Assembly (NCBI GenBank): GCA_963666425.2
Contig: OY762825.2
Location: forward strand, 576,001 to 640,000
Reading direction: 5' to 3'
From: Bacillota bacterium
Lineage (GTDB): Bacteria; Bacillota; JAAYKD01
DNA: 64,000 bases
The notes beneath the pieces were generated by a model. That model was not told the DNA's origin. It saw nothing but the letters and a program-made list of their open reading frames with translations, and ran no database searches. Below are positions 19,379-30,034 of the stretch, in pieces. The stretch's first letter is position 1. The number at the start of each line of letters is the position of its first letter. The translations under genes and the position numbers were made by a program.

Positions 19379-21175
19379 TCAGCAAGTGGTCTTTGGTTTC
19401 TCATCCGGCAATTCCCACCAGAGCCTTTTTTGTCCGCCGCGCAGCAAAGGCTGCCAGGCAAACAGCAAAATCACCGGCTGATTTGAGACTGCCGTCACAG
19501 CTTGCGCCTGCAGCAGCTGCGCTATGGCGTGGGTAAAAACCTCCACCCGGATTTTTTTCCTGATTTCTTTTGCCGATAACCCCACAAATTCCGGCATCTG
19601 TGTGCTCCAATCAGAGGCTGCCAGATAACCATACACACGCTCTCGTTCTGCGTCCGTCAGGCTTTGCTTCATGGTCGGAAAGGGAAAATCATCGTCTTTA
19701 TAAGCCAAACAAAAATCGAATTTCAGTAAAGCGAATAAATCTGCTTTTTCCGTCTCCTGCTGCAGCGTAAAGCAAATGAATTGCCATAAACGCTGCCAAT
19801 AAACAGCTTCCCGGACCGGGCGGCCAAACCAATTTTGCTGCCGCCAAAACTCTTCCATGGCTGCGTAACAAGTAAATGGCGATCTGAATTGCTGCAAAAA
19901 GCGGTGCAGCGTCTGCTGATAACGCCCAGAATTGCCATAGCGCTGCAGTAACTCTTCCATGCGGTGCAGACGCAGCAATTCGTCGCAGCCGAGCCAGTTG
20001 GTACTGAGCACTTCATATGGCGCTTCGCTGTCAGAGACGATGCCATATTGGGCAGCATCCCGCTGTAAGCCGGTGCCTGGCAGCAGTTTTAAGAAACCCA
20101 ACTGCAGATACTCCGCACCCAGGGCATAAACATCATCGAAAGACTGCGCAAAGCTCTGCCAGTCTTCTCCCGGCAGTCCGGCGATTAAATCCAAATGGAG
20201 GTGAATCGTGCCAAGTTGCCGCATGGCTCGCACAAAATCGCTGATTTGTGCAAAATCCATCGGACGCTGCACATAACTCAGTGTATGGCGGTTGGTGCTC
20301 TGAATGCCGATTTCAAATTGAAACAGACCCGGTGGCGCCTGCCGCAGGAGTTCAACATCCGCTTCGCCCAAGAGATCGGCTGCCAGCTCGAAATGAAAAT
20401 TGATTGGCAAGCTGCCGGCTTCATCAATTAAGAACTGCCAAATCTGACGCGCTCTGACCCGATTGGCATTAAAAGTGCGGTCAACAAATTTCACCTGATG
20501 TACGCCGGCACTGATAAATGCGCGTAAATCGGCAAAGACGCGCGGCAGCGGCAGCGTCCTGACGCCTTTTTCTACCGAAGAAAGGCAATATTGGCAGGCA
20601 TAAGGACAGCCACGGCTGGATTCATAGTAAAAGATCCGTTCTTTTTGACCGGATAATTCTGCTTGGGTATAGGGAAACGGCATTTGCTGCAGATCGTTCA
20701 GCTGCGGGATCAAAATCGAGGCAGCGTGGCTGTTGCTGCGCGTCACGAAACCCGGCAGATCTGTGGTCGCTGCTCCCTCTGCCAGCCGCTGCAGCAGTAA
20801 CGGCAGCGTCTCCTCCGCTTCTCCTGCCAAGACTCCATCCAGCCAGGCATAGCTGCAGACGAGTTCTTCCGCGCGATAAGTCGCTTCCGGCCCTCCGAAT
20901 AGAATGATACAGCGCGGATTAAATTGCTTCAAGCGTCTCGCAATGGGAATTGTTTCTTTGATGTTCCAAATATAACAGGAAAAGCCAACCAGATCCGGGT
21001 GCGTTTCCTGGATCTCAGCGGCAATTTGTGGCCAATGATCGTTGATGGTGAATTCCGCACAAGAGATTTCCCAAGTCCCAAACGCCGGTTGTCGCCTTAA
21101 GGCTTCCCGTAAATAGCGAATGCCCAGCGCCGTATGAACAAACTGGCTGTTCAGCGCAGTCAAGAGTACACGCAT
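19379..21175 (-). CDS. B12-binding radical SAM protein (DUF4080-type C-terminus)
   Basis: GFSCYIWN/GGPE cobalamin-binding region; RGCPYACQYC CxxxCxxC; FVDRTFN. Confidence 0.9.
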   Translation of the reverse strand: MRVLLTALNSQFVHTALGIRYLREALRRQPAFGTWEISCAEFTINDHWPQIAAEIQETHPDLVGFSCYIWNIKETIPIARRLKQFNPRCIILFGGPEATYRAEELVCSYAWLDGVLAGEAEETLPLLLQRLAEGAATTDLPGFVTRSNSHAASILIPQLNDLQQMPFPYTQAELSGQKERIFYYESSRGCPYACQYCLSSVEKGVRTLPLPRVFADLRAFISAGVHQVKFVDRTFNANRVRARQIWQFLIDEAGSLPINFHFELAADLLGEADVELLRQAPPGLFQFEIGIQSTNRHTLSYVQRPMDFAQISDFVRAMRQLGTIHLHLDLIAGLPGEDWQSFAQSFDDVYALGAEYLQLGFLKLLPGTGLQRDAAQYGIVSDSEAPYEVLSTNWLGCDELLRLHRMEELLQRYGNSGRYQQTLHRFLQQFRSPFTCYAAMEEFWRQQNWFGRPVREAVYWQRLWQFICFTLQQETEKADLFALLKFDFCLAYKDDDFPFPTMKQSLTDAERERVYGYLAASDWSTQMPEFVGLSAKEIRKKIRVEVFTHAIAQLLQAQAVTAVSNQPVILLFAWQPLLRGGQKRLWWELPDEKPKTTC

Positions 21176-21367
21176 GCTCCTCACCCTTTCTTCAGGACCA
21201 TTATGACGTACCCTGACGAAATTGTCCAGAATGTTTTAATAATTGCTCGGGAATCCTTGCCGCTCGGGAAGGATAATCCTGTGAAAAAGGAGAAAAGTAT
21301 AGTTTGTAAGATTAGGTGATAGGGAACCGATTTTCGGGTTTCCTGAATTTATGGAGGAGGCATTTTC

Positions 21368-22546
21368 ATGAAAGAGAATCAAAGGTATCTGTTGGAGAGA
21401 ACGGAAGCGTTAAAAGAATCCGGTCTGTATAACAATATCAAGACGATCGAATCTGCACAAGGCGCTTGGATTCAAATCAATGGCAAACGCGTTCTGAATA
21501 TGTGCGCCAACAACTACTTGGGTTTAGCCAACAATCCGCGTATGGATCAGGCTGCCAAAGACGCGATCGACAAATTCGGCGTAGGTCCCGGCGCCGTCCG
21601 TTCCATTGCCGGCACGCAAGCGATTCACATTCAGCTGGATCAGGAAGTAGCGAAATTCAAACATGTTGAAGCTGCGCTGACCTTGCAAGGCGGTTTTGTG
21701 GCGAACCAGGCTGTCATTGCTCCTCTCGTCGGCAAAGGTGATACAATTCTTTCCGATGAATTAAATCATGCTTCCATTATTGACGGTGCCCGGCTTTCCG
21801 GTGCTAAAATTAAAGTATTCAAACATTGCGATATGGAGTCATTAGAAGAATTGCTCAAGGGCGAAAATGATGGTCGCGTCTTGGTTATCACCGATGGCGT
21901 TTTCTCCATGGACGGTGATGTAGCCGATCTGCCAAAAATCGTGGAATTATGTGAAAAATACGGTGCCATGTCTATGGTGGATGATGCCCATGGCGAAGGT
22001 GTTCTGGGTGAAGGCGGCCGCGGTATTGTTGACCACTTCAAACTGCATGGCCGCTGCGATGTTGAAATTGGCACTTTCTCCAAGGCGCTCGGCACAGTCG
22101 GCGGTTTTATTGCCGGTTCCACTGTTCTGATTGATTATCTGAAGCAGAAAGCCCGTCCGTTCCTCTTCTCTTCCGCTTTACCTGCTGCCGACGTAGCTGC
22201 TACATTGGAAGCTATCCACATTTTAAGCGAAAATACCGATTTAGTTGATAAATTATGGGACAACGGCCGTTTCTTTAAAGCTGAAATGCAAAAATTAGGC
22301 TTTGATACCGGTCATTCCGCAACACCCATCACTCCGGTTATGCTGGGTGAGGCCAGTATCGCGCACGAATTCAGCAAAAGATTACTTGCCGAAGATGTTT
22401 TCGCCAGCGCGATTGGCTTCCCAACCGTACCGCAGGGCAAAGCCCGTATCCGCGTGATGATCTCCGCCGCGCATGAAAAAGCCGATCTGGAATATGCTTT
22501 GGAGAAATTCGCCAAAGTCGGCCGCGAAATGGGAATCATTAAATAA
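21368..22546 (+). CDS. kbl: Glycine C-acetyltransferase (2-amino-3-ketobutyrate CoA ligase; class II PLP)
   Basis: [43 protein letters not shown]. Confidence 0.85.
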   Translation: MKENQRYLLERTEALKESGLYNNIKTIESAQGAWIQINGKRVLNMCANNYLGLANNPRMDQAAKDAIDKFGVGPGAVRSIAGTQAIHIQLDQEVAKFKHVEAALTLQGGFVANQAVIAPLVGKGDTILSDELNHASIIDGARLSGAKIKVFKHCDMESLEELLKGENDGRVLVITDGVFSMDGDVADLPKIVELCEKYGAMSMVDDAHGEGVLGEGGRGIVDHFKLHGRCDVEIGTFSKALGTVGGFIAGSTVLIDYLKQKARPFLFSSALPAADVAATLEAIHILSENTDLVDKLWDNGRFFKAEMQKLGFDTGHSATPITPVMLGEASIAHEFSKRLLAEDVFASAIGFPTVPQGKARIRVMISAAHEKADLEYALEKFAKVGREMGIIK

Positions 22547-22568
22547 GACAATTGTTCAATCATTAAGA

Positions 22569-22606
22569 AGGAGCTGCAGCAAAATTTAGATTTTGCTGCA
22601 GCTCCT
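22569..22606. terminator. Terminator hairpin after kbl
   Basis: Perfect inverted repeat aggagctgcagcaaaat / attttgctgcagctcct. Confidence 0.75.
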
Positions 22607-22763
22607 GCTTATACTATAGCGACACAGACCGGAATAAGAAGCTACCCGGTTCAGAAAAGGCGGTTATCATTAGTTTTTGCTCTGCGATCTATCGAAAAAT
22701 CCGACTGAACCATTCCCAGGCTGCCGAACTCATCTCGCTATTCCTGCTGGTGTAGCGACTGCT

Positions 22764-22964
22764 CTATTTTTTCAAGAAGCCGGCAATCAGAGAAGCAATA
22801 TAGAGGCCACAAAAAACTACGATCGTTGGGAGCATTACAGCAGTAGATGTTATTTTCAGAAACACATTCATAATAAAGATGATAGGTGCAAGAATCACGA
22901 CAGCTCCAGTCAGCTTTTCTTGCAGCGGCGGGAAGCGGTAGGGATGTCTGGGTTGTTCTTCCAT
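22764..22964 (-). CDS. 66-aa two-TM microprotein (paralog of 27831..28028)
   Basis: AGGAGGTG RBS; MEEQPRHPYRFPPLQEKLTGAVVILA...; conserved paralog in the same island. Confidence 0.85.
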   Translation of the reverse strand: MEEQPRHPYRFPPLQEKLTGAVVILAPIIFIMNVFLKITSTAVMLPTIVVFCGLYIASLIAGFLKK

Positions 22965-23095
22965 TTCTTTCACCTCCTAATCTTGATTATACTCTCTCAA
23001 TTACGGTATGTTATACTGAGTCGGTTCTCAGATTTTCAATTGCTTAGCTTCAGGATTCAGGATTTGATATATTTTTCTCTTTGGTAACAGATATC

Positions 23096-23529
23096 AACAT
23101 ATCATTAATAATTCCAGCATTATCTATATTTCTCCTTTAAATACTCCCTAATTAAAATATACATCATCCTAATATGTTAACTAAACAATTTGCTATTTAT
23201 AATGTTTTCCGACATTACAATTTTTAATGATTAAGTAGAATGTATATTTATTTAATTTTTCGTATTATTTTCGATTTATTATACAAGACGCGCTAAGAAA
23301 ACCTTTATTTCAAACTCTTTTATTCTATTCTCACATTTATATTAACATGATGAAAGCATTTTAAATAATTTCAACAGACCAACAAATCACTACATAATTT
23401 CATCCGACTGCCGTGTTTTATTTTCTATGTGCATCTCACCCTCAGTAAAATGTGTGACAGTCAGCGTGACGCCAGTCTTCTTGTTTACAGATATCAATCG
23501 GTGTTGTTGTTATTTCCCAATACAGCACC
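23096..23529. repeat. ~430-bp AT-rich non-coding element, copy A
   Basis: Colinear with 34175..34605 (shared blocks attccagcattatc, aacaatttgct, ttccgacattacaattt, tatttcaaact, gaaagcatttt, atcaatcggtgttg, tgttatttccc). Confidence 0.85.
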
Positions 23530-23802
23530 AAGAATTTTAACAAAACAACCACGTTCAGGGGTTGTAGCAAAACGAAAAATTGCTTCAGTCCCTTTATGCT
23601 TTTGATGAGACACCCCTTGGGCTCTTGTGCTAGTTACACATTGAGCTCCTTGTTGAGGGGTGTCTTTTCCTTTCTCTTTTTGGCCATCATACCAAACAAC
23701 TCTCGGTCAGGCAAACTTAGCATTTTGCGGCCTGTTTGACTTGGCTATAACATTTTACAATATTGATACGTTTTCACACAGTCTGCCGTCCCCTTGGTGC
23801 AA

Positions 23803-24888
23803 TCATTCTACCGCGATAGCTGATTTAATTTTTGCTATCAACTGCTCAGATTTTTCAGTGCTATCTCCTAAATTACCCAAACATTGCCAGCGTTCCATGA
23901 TGACACCGTTTGCATTAAGCAATACAACGAGAGGCGTCTCACCTAAAAAGCCCTGTAATTGAAGATCGACATCAATATAGTAGGGATAGTTATCGAAAGG
24001 GCTCAGTAATTCAGGCCAAGTTTGCATCCATTCCAAGTTTCGTTTCTTCAAATTTGAATATTGCGCTGTATATTCTGCGTTAAGTAAATCAGGATATTGT
24101 TCAGAAATTTCATTTTTCTTCATCATCTGCTCCGTGTTACGAGTGAAAATCGGCACGATATCTACTTTTTGGAATAACTCTTTCGCCATATTAAGCCATT
24201 CAATAAAAAGCTGGAGTTCGCTCTCCAGAGAGATAATAACTAGCATGGTTGGTTTATTAACAATTAAATTGCTCTCAACATCCTTCCTAAGCAGTGTAAT
24301 TTGAGGAAGTATCTCTCCAACTCTCAGTAGATATCTGCTGTCACGTTCATCAGTCAACCATTCTTTAACATGATTAACACTTAATACCGAATAGCGGTTA
24401 AATACTTTTTTGACTACACCATTTTCCAACCAGAGTAAGAAAATATTACCATTCACTGTTTTCAGTTTTAAAGCAGATCTATCTTCCACACTAATTTGGA
24501 GAACCCGGTTTAATTCTCGATATGGCTCATCATACCTGATGGCATTTTTCAATCCTCAGGTACCTGAATCCGCAACCGGTACATAGAGAAGATATTTTTC
24601 TACTTCTATTTCAAGAAGACTATATAACTCCAAATAATCTTTTGTACCATTACTAATAATAACCAAGCCGTTCTGAATACCTAACTGCGTAAGTGGAAAC
24701 ACATCACCCGGCCTTAATCCCATTTCCTCTTCAGATAAATAACTAGTTGCTTCAGGGAATGGATTCTCAATTAGATAATTTGATTTATGAATCATTGGTA
24801 CTTCCCCATCTGGAGCTACGGCTAGATTACATCCCGCTATAAAGATAAGCAAAAGAATCATGATTAAGAACTGGAATGGTGTTTTCAT
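23803..24888 (-). CDS. Redoxin/thioredoxin-like-fold lipoprotein with an in-frame TGA at 24556-24558 (selenocysteine/readthrough candidate or pseudogene)
   Basis: Lipobox IAGC; ORFs 24556..24888 and 23803..24552 share a frame (...GGT ACC TGA GGA TTG AAA...); the joined 361-aa product is colinear with the intact paralog 28851..30017. Confidence 0.75.
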
Positions 24889-24910
24889 ACTTCGCTCCTT
24901 TCTTATTTTA

Positions 24911-27505
24911 CTATAACCACTCGGCTGGTGTTCTTTTACTAAATCTTCTTGCTGGCAACCAGAAAGCCAATATCACAATGATCATTTCAAGAAGATTGAT
25001 TAAAATGACCGGAAACTGATTCAGTTGTGAAAATTGCGCTATACCACTTTTTCTAATGAAGAACAGATACCCGAACAATGCTCCAAATAATCCAACCGGT
25101 ATAAAGGGTAATCCGGTCTGCAGAAGCAAAGTCAACTCAGCAATACCGGCTCTTGCACCTAAAACCCTGAGTATCGCTATGGTTCGTGATAATTCTCTGC
25201 TTTTGACTAAGGAAAAGGCGAATAACCCTATTGCGGTAATCACTATGGCAAGAAATATTAGACTGTAACTGCTAAATAAGAAAGATTTTTCCACACGATA
25301 TACATATTGCATGTCATCAAACGGTTGTCTAGCGACTAAAGGAATCACTTGTTTTGGCAGCCAGTCTTGCACCAAGGTGCGAGCGATCATCAATTCAGCG
25401 TGATTCTGATTTCTTATAATTACCTGCGGTTGATAAAACTCTCCAAAACCAGCAATATCATGCTCTTCAGCTGTACTCCCCTTGATAATGAGTGCAGTAT
25501 CCAATGAGAATTGTTGGCTTGTCTCCTTTTCCTGGATAATTCCCACTATTTGCAGTGGAATTTCATGACTACCTTTTCCCACATAGAGTATTTTGCCAAT
25601 CGAATCCCCTTTTGGAAATAGTTTTTGTGCTAAATCATATCCAATTACAAGATCGTTTGAATCCTCCAGCCACTGACCTTCTATTAGCAATAGGTTAGCG
25701 TTTTTTAAAAAATCCCCCTCTACAAAAGCAATGGGACTTACATTTTGATAAATCATGTAGGAAAAATCGATGTTTTTCCACGCTGTTTGCCATGATATTG
25801 AGCCATAATTGGCAACATCCTGATTTGCTAATTCTTTCAAATAAGTGCTGGAGAAATCTTCTGTGTTCAATTTAAACTCACTCTCAATGATAAGTAGATC
25901 TTTCCCTGCTGAACTTAGTGTTGCTTCTATGGAGTGTAGTTGTTGCACTCCATAGAGTGAGGCAAAGGTGAGCGCGGTCGATATTACTAGAAACGCCATT
26001 AACATGAAATCTCTACGGAGGTCAATCACTTTTCGTTTTCTTTTATAAGGGTTGTTCATTATGTTCAATGGTGGTATTTTTACGATAAAATAGATGGGTA
26101 TCAAACAACACAAAGGTCCGATCATCAGCGTAAGTACCATACCCAGTAAAGTTTTCCACCATTCTATTTGTAATGGTATATTGAGAATACTGGATAAAAA
26201 CGGTAGTATTAATCTCGATATAGGAAATGTCAATAATGCCGCTAAAGCAGAAAGACTCAAATAGCGTTTTACATACTCGCGCTCTATTTCTTCTTCAGAA
26301 GCGCCTAAGGCTCGGCAGATACCAATGGGTTTCAATTCTTGCTGAATATGTATCATGATTAAACTAATAATGATGAGCAGCGAGATCGATACTGTTAGGT
26401 AACACAAGGTAGCAATCGGTACTGTTGATTCGACGATAAACTGATAGCTTTCGCCACCAAGATTTGATACCTTTTCAACAGTTACACGCATTCCGTATTT
26501 TGCTTGCATTTCATTTTCGGCTAACTGCAAGGTCTGATCTTGTTTAGCAGCATCAGTTATGGTGAAATAAATATAACGATAAGGGACCGGTTGTATCAAT
26601 GTGCTTTGGAGAATTCGACCATCTTCGTCGCGTAATTTGAAGAAATCAACTTCGTTTCCTAACTCTGTCTGGTCTTCTGATTCTGGACCAAACGTCGTAT
26701 AAAAATCACTGGTATGAATTTCCTGACTAAACACCTCATCGGAAGGTAATGGTAAGTAGATACTCACGTTGTATCGATTGTATATGCCAATGCCGTATCT
26801 TCGATAATTTTCTTCTTCTTGTTCTCGCCAAGATAAAACACCGATAACGCTACCACGAAAGCGATTTTCGGAGTTCAAAATGACTTCATCGTAATATTCT
26901 TGAACGGCAAGGTTGTTTTCTTTATAATAGGCTTTTTTGTATTGAAAACCAATCTCACTAATGCTGCTGCCGAGCTGAAGCTGTTCCCAATTTTGAACAT
27001 CGCTGCCGATCACTACCCAATCTTTATCGGTAGCACTAGGAAATGTACCTTCTTGCAGCGTCAAGCCTAGTGTATCAAAATAGGAAGGTTCTACATATTG
27101 TACATGATAAGGAAATACGCTCATCCAAACTTCTTCATATGGACCATATACGGAACCTTTCGGTACATTAAAATTCTCAGAATAGCGTTTTTTAAAAAAT
27201 TCAATTGTTTGATCAGTATCAAATCTACCTACAAGACTGCCTAAAGAGGCACTGGCGATGTTTTCAATATTCTCTATCTTCTCTCGATCTTCCCGACTAA
27301 AAAAAGTCCCCTCTTCTGCTTCGGAGGGTAGACGCAATGAATATACCTCTGAAAGATTTCTGTTAATTTCTTCAAAGACTTTTTCTTTATATCCTTGCCC
27401 AATACCCAATGCAATTTGAATGGATACCCCAGCAAGGGTAATTGTAAGAATAATCGTCCAAACCGTGATTCGCGATATCTTATTATGCGGGAATAGTATT
27501 TTCAT
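24911..27505 (-). CDS. MacB/FtsX-type ABC permease with two repeats
   Basis: Two [TM-extracytoplasmic domain-3 TM] units with IGICRALGA and IAILRVLGA motifs; ATG after GAGGAG. Confidence 0.9.
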   Translation of the reverse strand: MKILFPHNKISRITVWTIILTITLAGVSIQIALGIGQGYKEKVFEEINRNLSEVYSLRLPSEAEEGTFFSREDREKIENIENIASASLGSLVGRFDTDQTIEFFKKRYSENFNVPKGSVYGPYEEVWMSVFPYHVQYVEPSYFDTLGLTLQEGTFPSATDKDWVVIGSDVQNWEQLQLGSSISEIGFQYKKAYYKENNLAVQEYYDEVILNSENRFRGSVIGVLSWREQEEENYRRYGIGIYNRYNVSIYLPLPSDEVFSQEIHTSDFYTTFGPESEDQTELGNEVDFFKLRDEDGRILQSTLIQPVPYRYIYFTITDAAKQDQTLQLAENEMQAKYGMRVTVEKVSNLGGESYQFIVESTVPIATLCYLTVSISLLIIISLIMIHIQQELKPIGICRALGASEEEIEREYVKRYLSLSALAALLTFPISRLILPFLSSILNIPLQIEWWKTLLGMVLTLMIGPLCCLIPIYFIVKIPPLNIMNNPYKRKRKVIDLRRDFMLMAFLVISTALTFASLYGVQQLHSIEATLSSAGKDLLIIESEFKLNTEDFSSTYLKELANQDVANYGSISWQTAWKNIDFSYMIYQNVSPIAFVEGDFLKNANLLLIEGQWLEDSNDLVIGYDLAQKLFPKGDSIGKILYVGKGSHEIPLQIVGIIQEKETSQQFSLDTALIIKGSTAEEHDIAGFGEFYQPQVIIRNQNHAELMIARTLVQDWLPKQVIPLVARQPFDDMQYVYRVEKSFLFSSYSLIFLAIVITAIGLFAFSLVKSRELSRTIAILRVLGARAGIAELTLLLQTGLPFIPVGLFGALFGYLFFIRKSGIAQFSQLNQFPVILINLLEMIIVILAFWLPARRFSKRTPAEWL

Positions 27506-27830
27506 ATTCACTCCTCTTTATATTGGAGTTTCGTAAGGGTAATTCCCTTACAATTACCCTTACATCACTTTCTATCTAGGCAGTTGTATTGCAAGATTCC
27601 AATCGCGATCACAGGTCACATCCCAAGTGCAATATGCATAATCATATTTATTACAAAACTACGAAAATAGTATTTAAATAGTAAATTTAACATCAATTTG
27701 AATCTTTTAGAATCCTGCTTTATTCTTAAAGAACAAAGAGGGGCTGAAGCAAAACAGCCCCTTTGTAGCTTAACGACAGGCTAAAATATAACTCAATTTA
27801 GATAATTGCTGTCCATAAAGGACAACTACC

Positions 27831-28028
27831 TTACTTTTTCATTTTTCCCGCAATCAGGGAGGCAACGTAAACGAGGCCCATCAGTACAATCAGGGGAATC
27901 ATCACAGCGGAAGAGGTTACTTTCATAAACACGTTCAAAACAAAAATAACACCGGCTAAAATCACAACAGCACCGGTCAATTTTTCCTGCAGCGGCGGGA
28001 AACGGTAGGGATGTCTGGGTTCTTCCAT
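27831..28028 (-). CDS. 65-aa two-TM microprotein (paralog of 22764..22964)
   Basis: MEEPRHPYRFPPLQEKLTGAVVILA...; AGGAGGTG RBS; directly after the ABC ATPase. Confidence 0.85.
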   Translation of the reverse strand: MEEPRHPYRFPPLQEKLTGAVVILAGVIFVLNVFMKVTSSAVMIPLIVLMGLVYVASLIAGKMKK

Positions 28029-28099
28029 TTTTCTCACCTCCTAATCTTGCTTATAACTTTTCAATGATGAAATACGATACTTATTCGATTGGCAGATTT

Positions 28100-28831
28100 T
28101 CAATTGCTTTGGTCAATGATCTCTTCAATCCTGCCATCCTTCAGTTTGACAATGCGATCTGCGATTTGCGCCAGCTCCGGGTTATGTGACGCCACGATCA
28201 CGGTCATTCCCTCGTTATTTAATTTCTGTAGTAATTCTAAGATCATTTGATGATTGATACTATCCAGATTGCCTGTTGGTTCATCAGCTAACAGTAAGGA
28301 TGGTTGGTTCATCATCGCTCTGGCAATGGCTACGCGCTGTTCTTGACCACCGGATAATTCGTTGGGATAATGATCCATCCGGTCTTTCAGGCCAACTTGC
28401 TGAAGTAAATCGATTGCTCTCTCACGATTCTCTTTCTCCGGTTTCAGGGATGTCACATATTTTGCCGGCTGCATTACATTTTCTAAAGCAGTTTTATCTT
28501 CCAGTAAATTATAATCCTGAAAAACAAAGCCAATACGTTCTGCCCGAAAGGCGGAGAGCTTTTTATCATCGATGTAAGAGATAGAGCCCAAGCTGCCATC
28601 ACCAGCTAAAACTTGGTCTTCAAAAAGGTAATTACCCTCTTCCGGTTGCAGCAAAGTACCTAATAAATAAAGAAAGGTTGACTTACCGCTGCCCGAAGGA
28701 CCCCATAAGGTGATCCATTCGCCAGGATAAACTTCCAAGCTCGCCCGATCCAACGCTCTTATTTCCACATCACGTTTTTGGTATATTTTGCTGATATCTT
28801 TCACCAGCAATAACGGTTTGCTGCTCTCCAT
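28100..28831 (-). CDS. ABC transporter ATP-binding protein (LolD/MacB-type)
   Basis: Walker A GPSGSGKST, IGFVFQ, LSGGQEQR, LADEPTGNLD, H-loop ASHN. Confidence 0.97.
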   Translation of the reverse strand: MESSKPLLLVKDISKIYQKRDVEIRALDRASLEVYPGEWITLWGPSGSGKSTFLYLLGTLLQPEEGNYLFEDQVLAGDGSLGSISYIDDKKLSAFRAERIGFVFQDYNLLEDKTALENVMQPAKYVTSLKPEKENRERAIDLLQQVGLKDRMDHYPNELSGGQEQRVAIARAMMNQPSLLLADEPTGNLDSINHQMILELLQKLNNEGMTVIVASHNPELAQIADRIVKLKDGRIEEIIDQSN

Positions 28832-28850
28832 CCTTCATGCTCCTTTCTGC

Positions 28851-30017
28851 CTAATGTGTTAACTCGGTTATCGCTTTTTCTAACATGCTTTGCATCAGCA
28901 TGCTTTCTTCTTTATTTCCTAAGGTCATGCGGCAGAGCCATTCGTTGATCAGGACTCCCTGTTCATCAAACAAGAAAAAATTATTCAATTCCGCATCACG
29001 ATCATCTGTTTCTTTCAACGTGGGGTGAACAGTATGAATCAGATTGAATCTGCGCACCATTTCGTAAGATTGATCTTCGTAAATCAATAAATCCGGATAC
29101 TTTTGCTGTAATTTCTCTGTTTCTTTCAGGAAAGCTTCCATCTGGTTTATATAACTATCACGGTAATACCACTCGGTTTTTGTGTTCGCATTCTCTCGCA
29201 GCGCCAGCTCTTGCAGTATGATTGGATATCTTGTACGCACTTCGGTGCTTTGTAAAACCACCGCCACTCGTATCTGATCTTTCAGAGCGTCGAGCAACGC
29301 GTTTAATTGCGAAGTATTTCCTTCAAATGTCCAATGAATCAGCAAGGTAGGTTCGGTTATTTCCAGTTTTTCTTTTGTTTGTGTTTGTGACCGAACCAAT
29401 GTGAGGTTCTGTAAAGATTTGCCGATTTGCACCAGTGTCGTAATTTCTTCTTCCGTAACAAAATAGGAGTAAACATCTTCAAAATGGTTCACCGCATAAT
29501 AGAAATACTGCCTTTGTATTATCCCGTCTGCCAACAGCCAAACCGCAGGTTGAAAGTATTTCACCAAACTCAGATAATCCTGCTGAAATCCTAATTTCAT
29601 GAAGTCACTCTGCTGCATTTTGATCAGTTCGGTATTCGCAGGCAGATCCAGCACCTCATAAAAAGGTAAGCTGCGCAGCGGCGCTAATCCGCCAATCAGG
29701 AGCGTGACAGGAGCAAGCTTGGCAAGCTGCAATAAGTCTTGCATGACCAATTCTTCGTATAATGAATCGCTTCCCGTGGTCAGGATGACAAAGCCGTCCT
29801 GAATACCTGAGATCGGAAACGCGTCACCCGTTTGCGTCTGTATGTACTCCCGTTGTTTTGAAACCTCTTCTTCTGAAAAAGGTTTCAAAACGCTCCATAA
29901 TTTGGGAGCGTCCCGGGAATTAACAGGTTCTTCTTTCTGCGGTTGACATCCGCTGAGCAGAATGATAAGCAGCAGCAAAAGTATGCCGCTCTTTTTTACT
30001 TTAAACGAACGCTGCAT
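28851..30017 (-). CDS. Redoxin/thioredoxin-like-fold lipoprotein, intact copy (388 aa)
   Basis: Lipobox LSGC; redoxin-like C-terminal pattern (IGKSLQNLTL...PTLLIHW...FFLFDEQGVLINEW); no CxxC. Confidence 0.8.
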   Translation of the reverse strand: MQRSFKVKKSGILLLLLIILLSGCQPQKEEPVNSRDAPKLWSVLKPFSEEEVSKQREYIQTQTGDAFPISGIQDGFVILTTGSDSLYEELVMQDLLQLAKLAPVTLLIGGLAPLRSLPFYEVLDLPANTELIKMQQSDFMKLGFQQDYLSLVKYFQPAVWLLADGIIQRQYFYYAVNHFEDVYSYFVTEEEITTLVQIGKSLQNLTLVRSQTQTKEKLEITEPTLLIHWTFEGNTSQLNALLDALKDQIRVAVVLQSTEVRTRYPIILQELALRENANTKTEWYYRDSYINQMEAFLKETEKLQQKYPDLLIYEDQSYEMVRRFNLIHTVHPTLKETDDRDAELNNFFLFDEQGVLINEWLCRMTLGNKEESMLMQSMLEKAITELTH

Positions 30018-30034
30018 CAGTTCCACCCCCTTCT

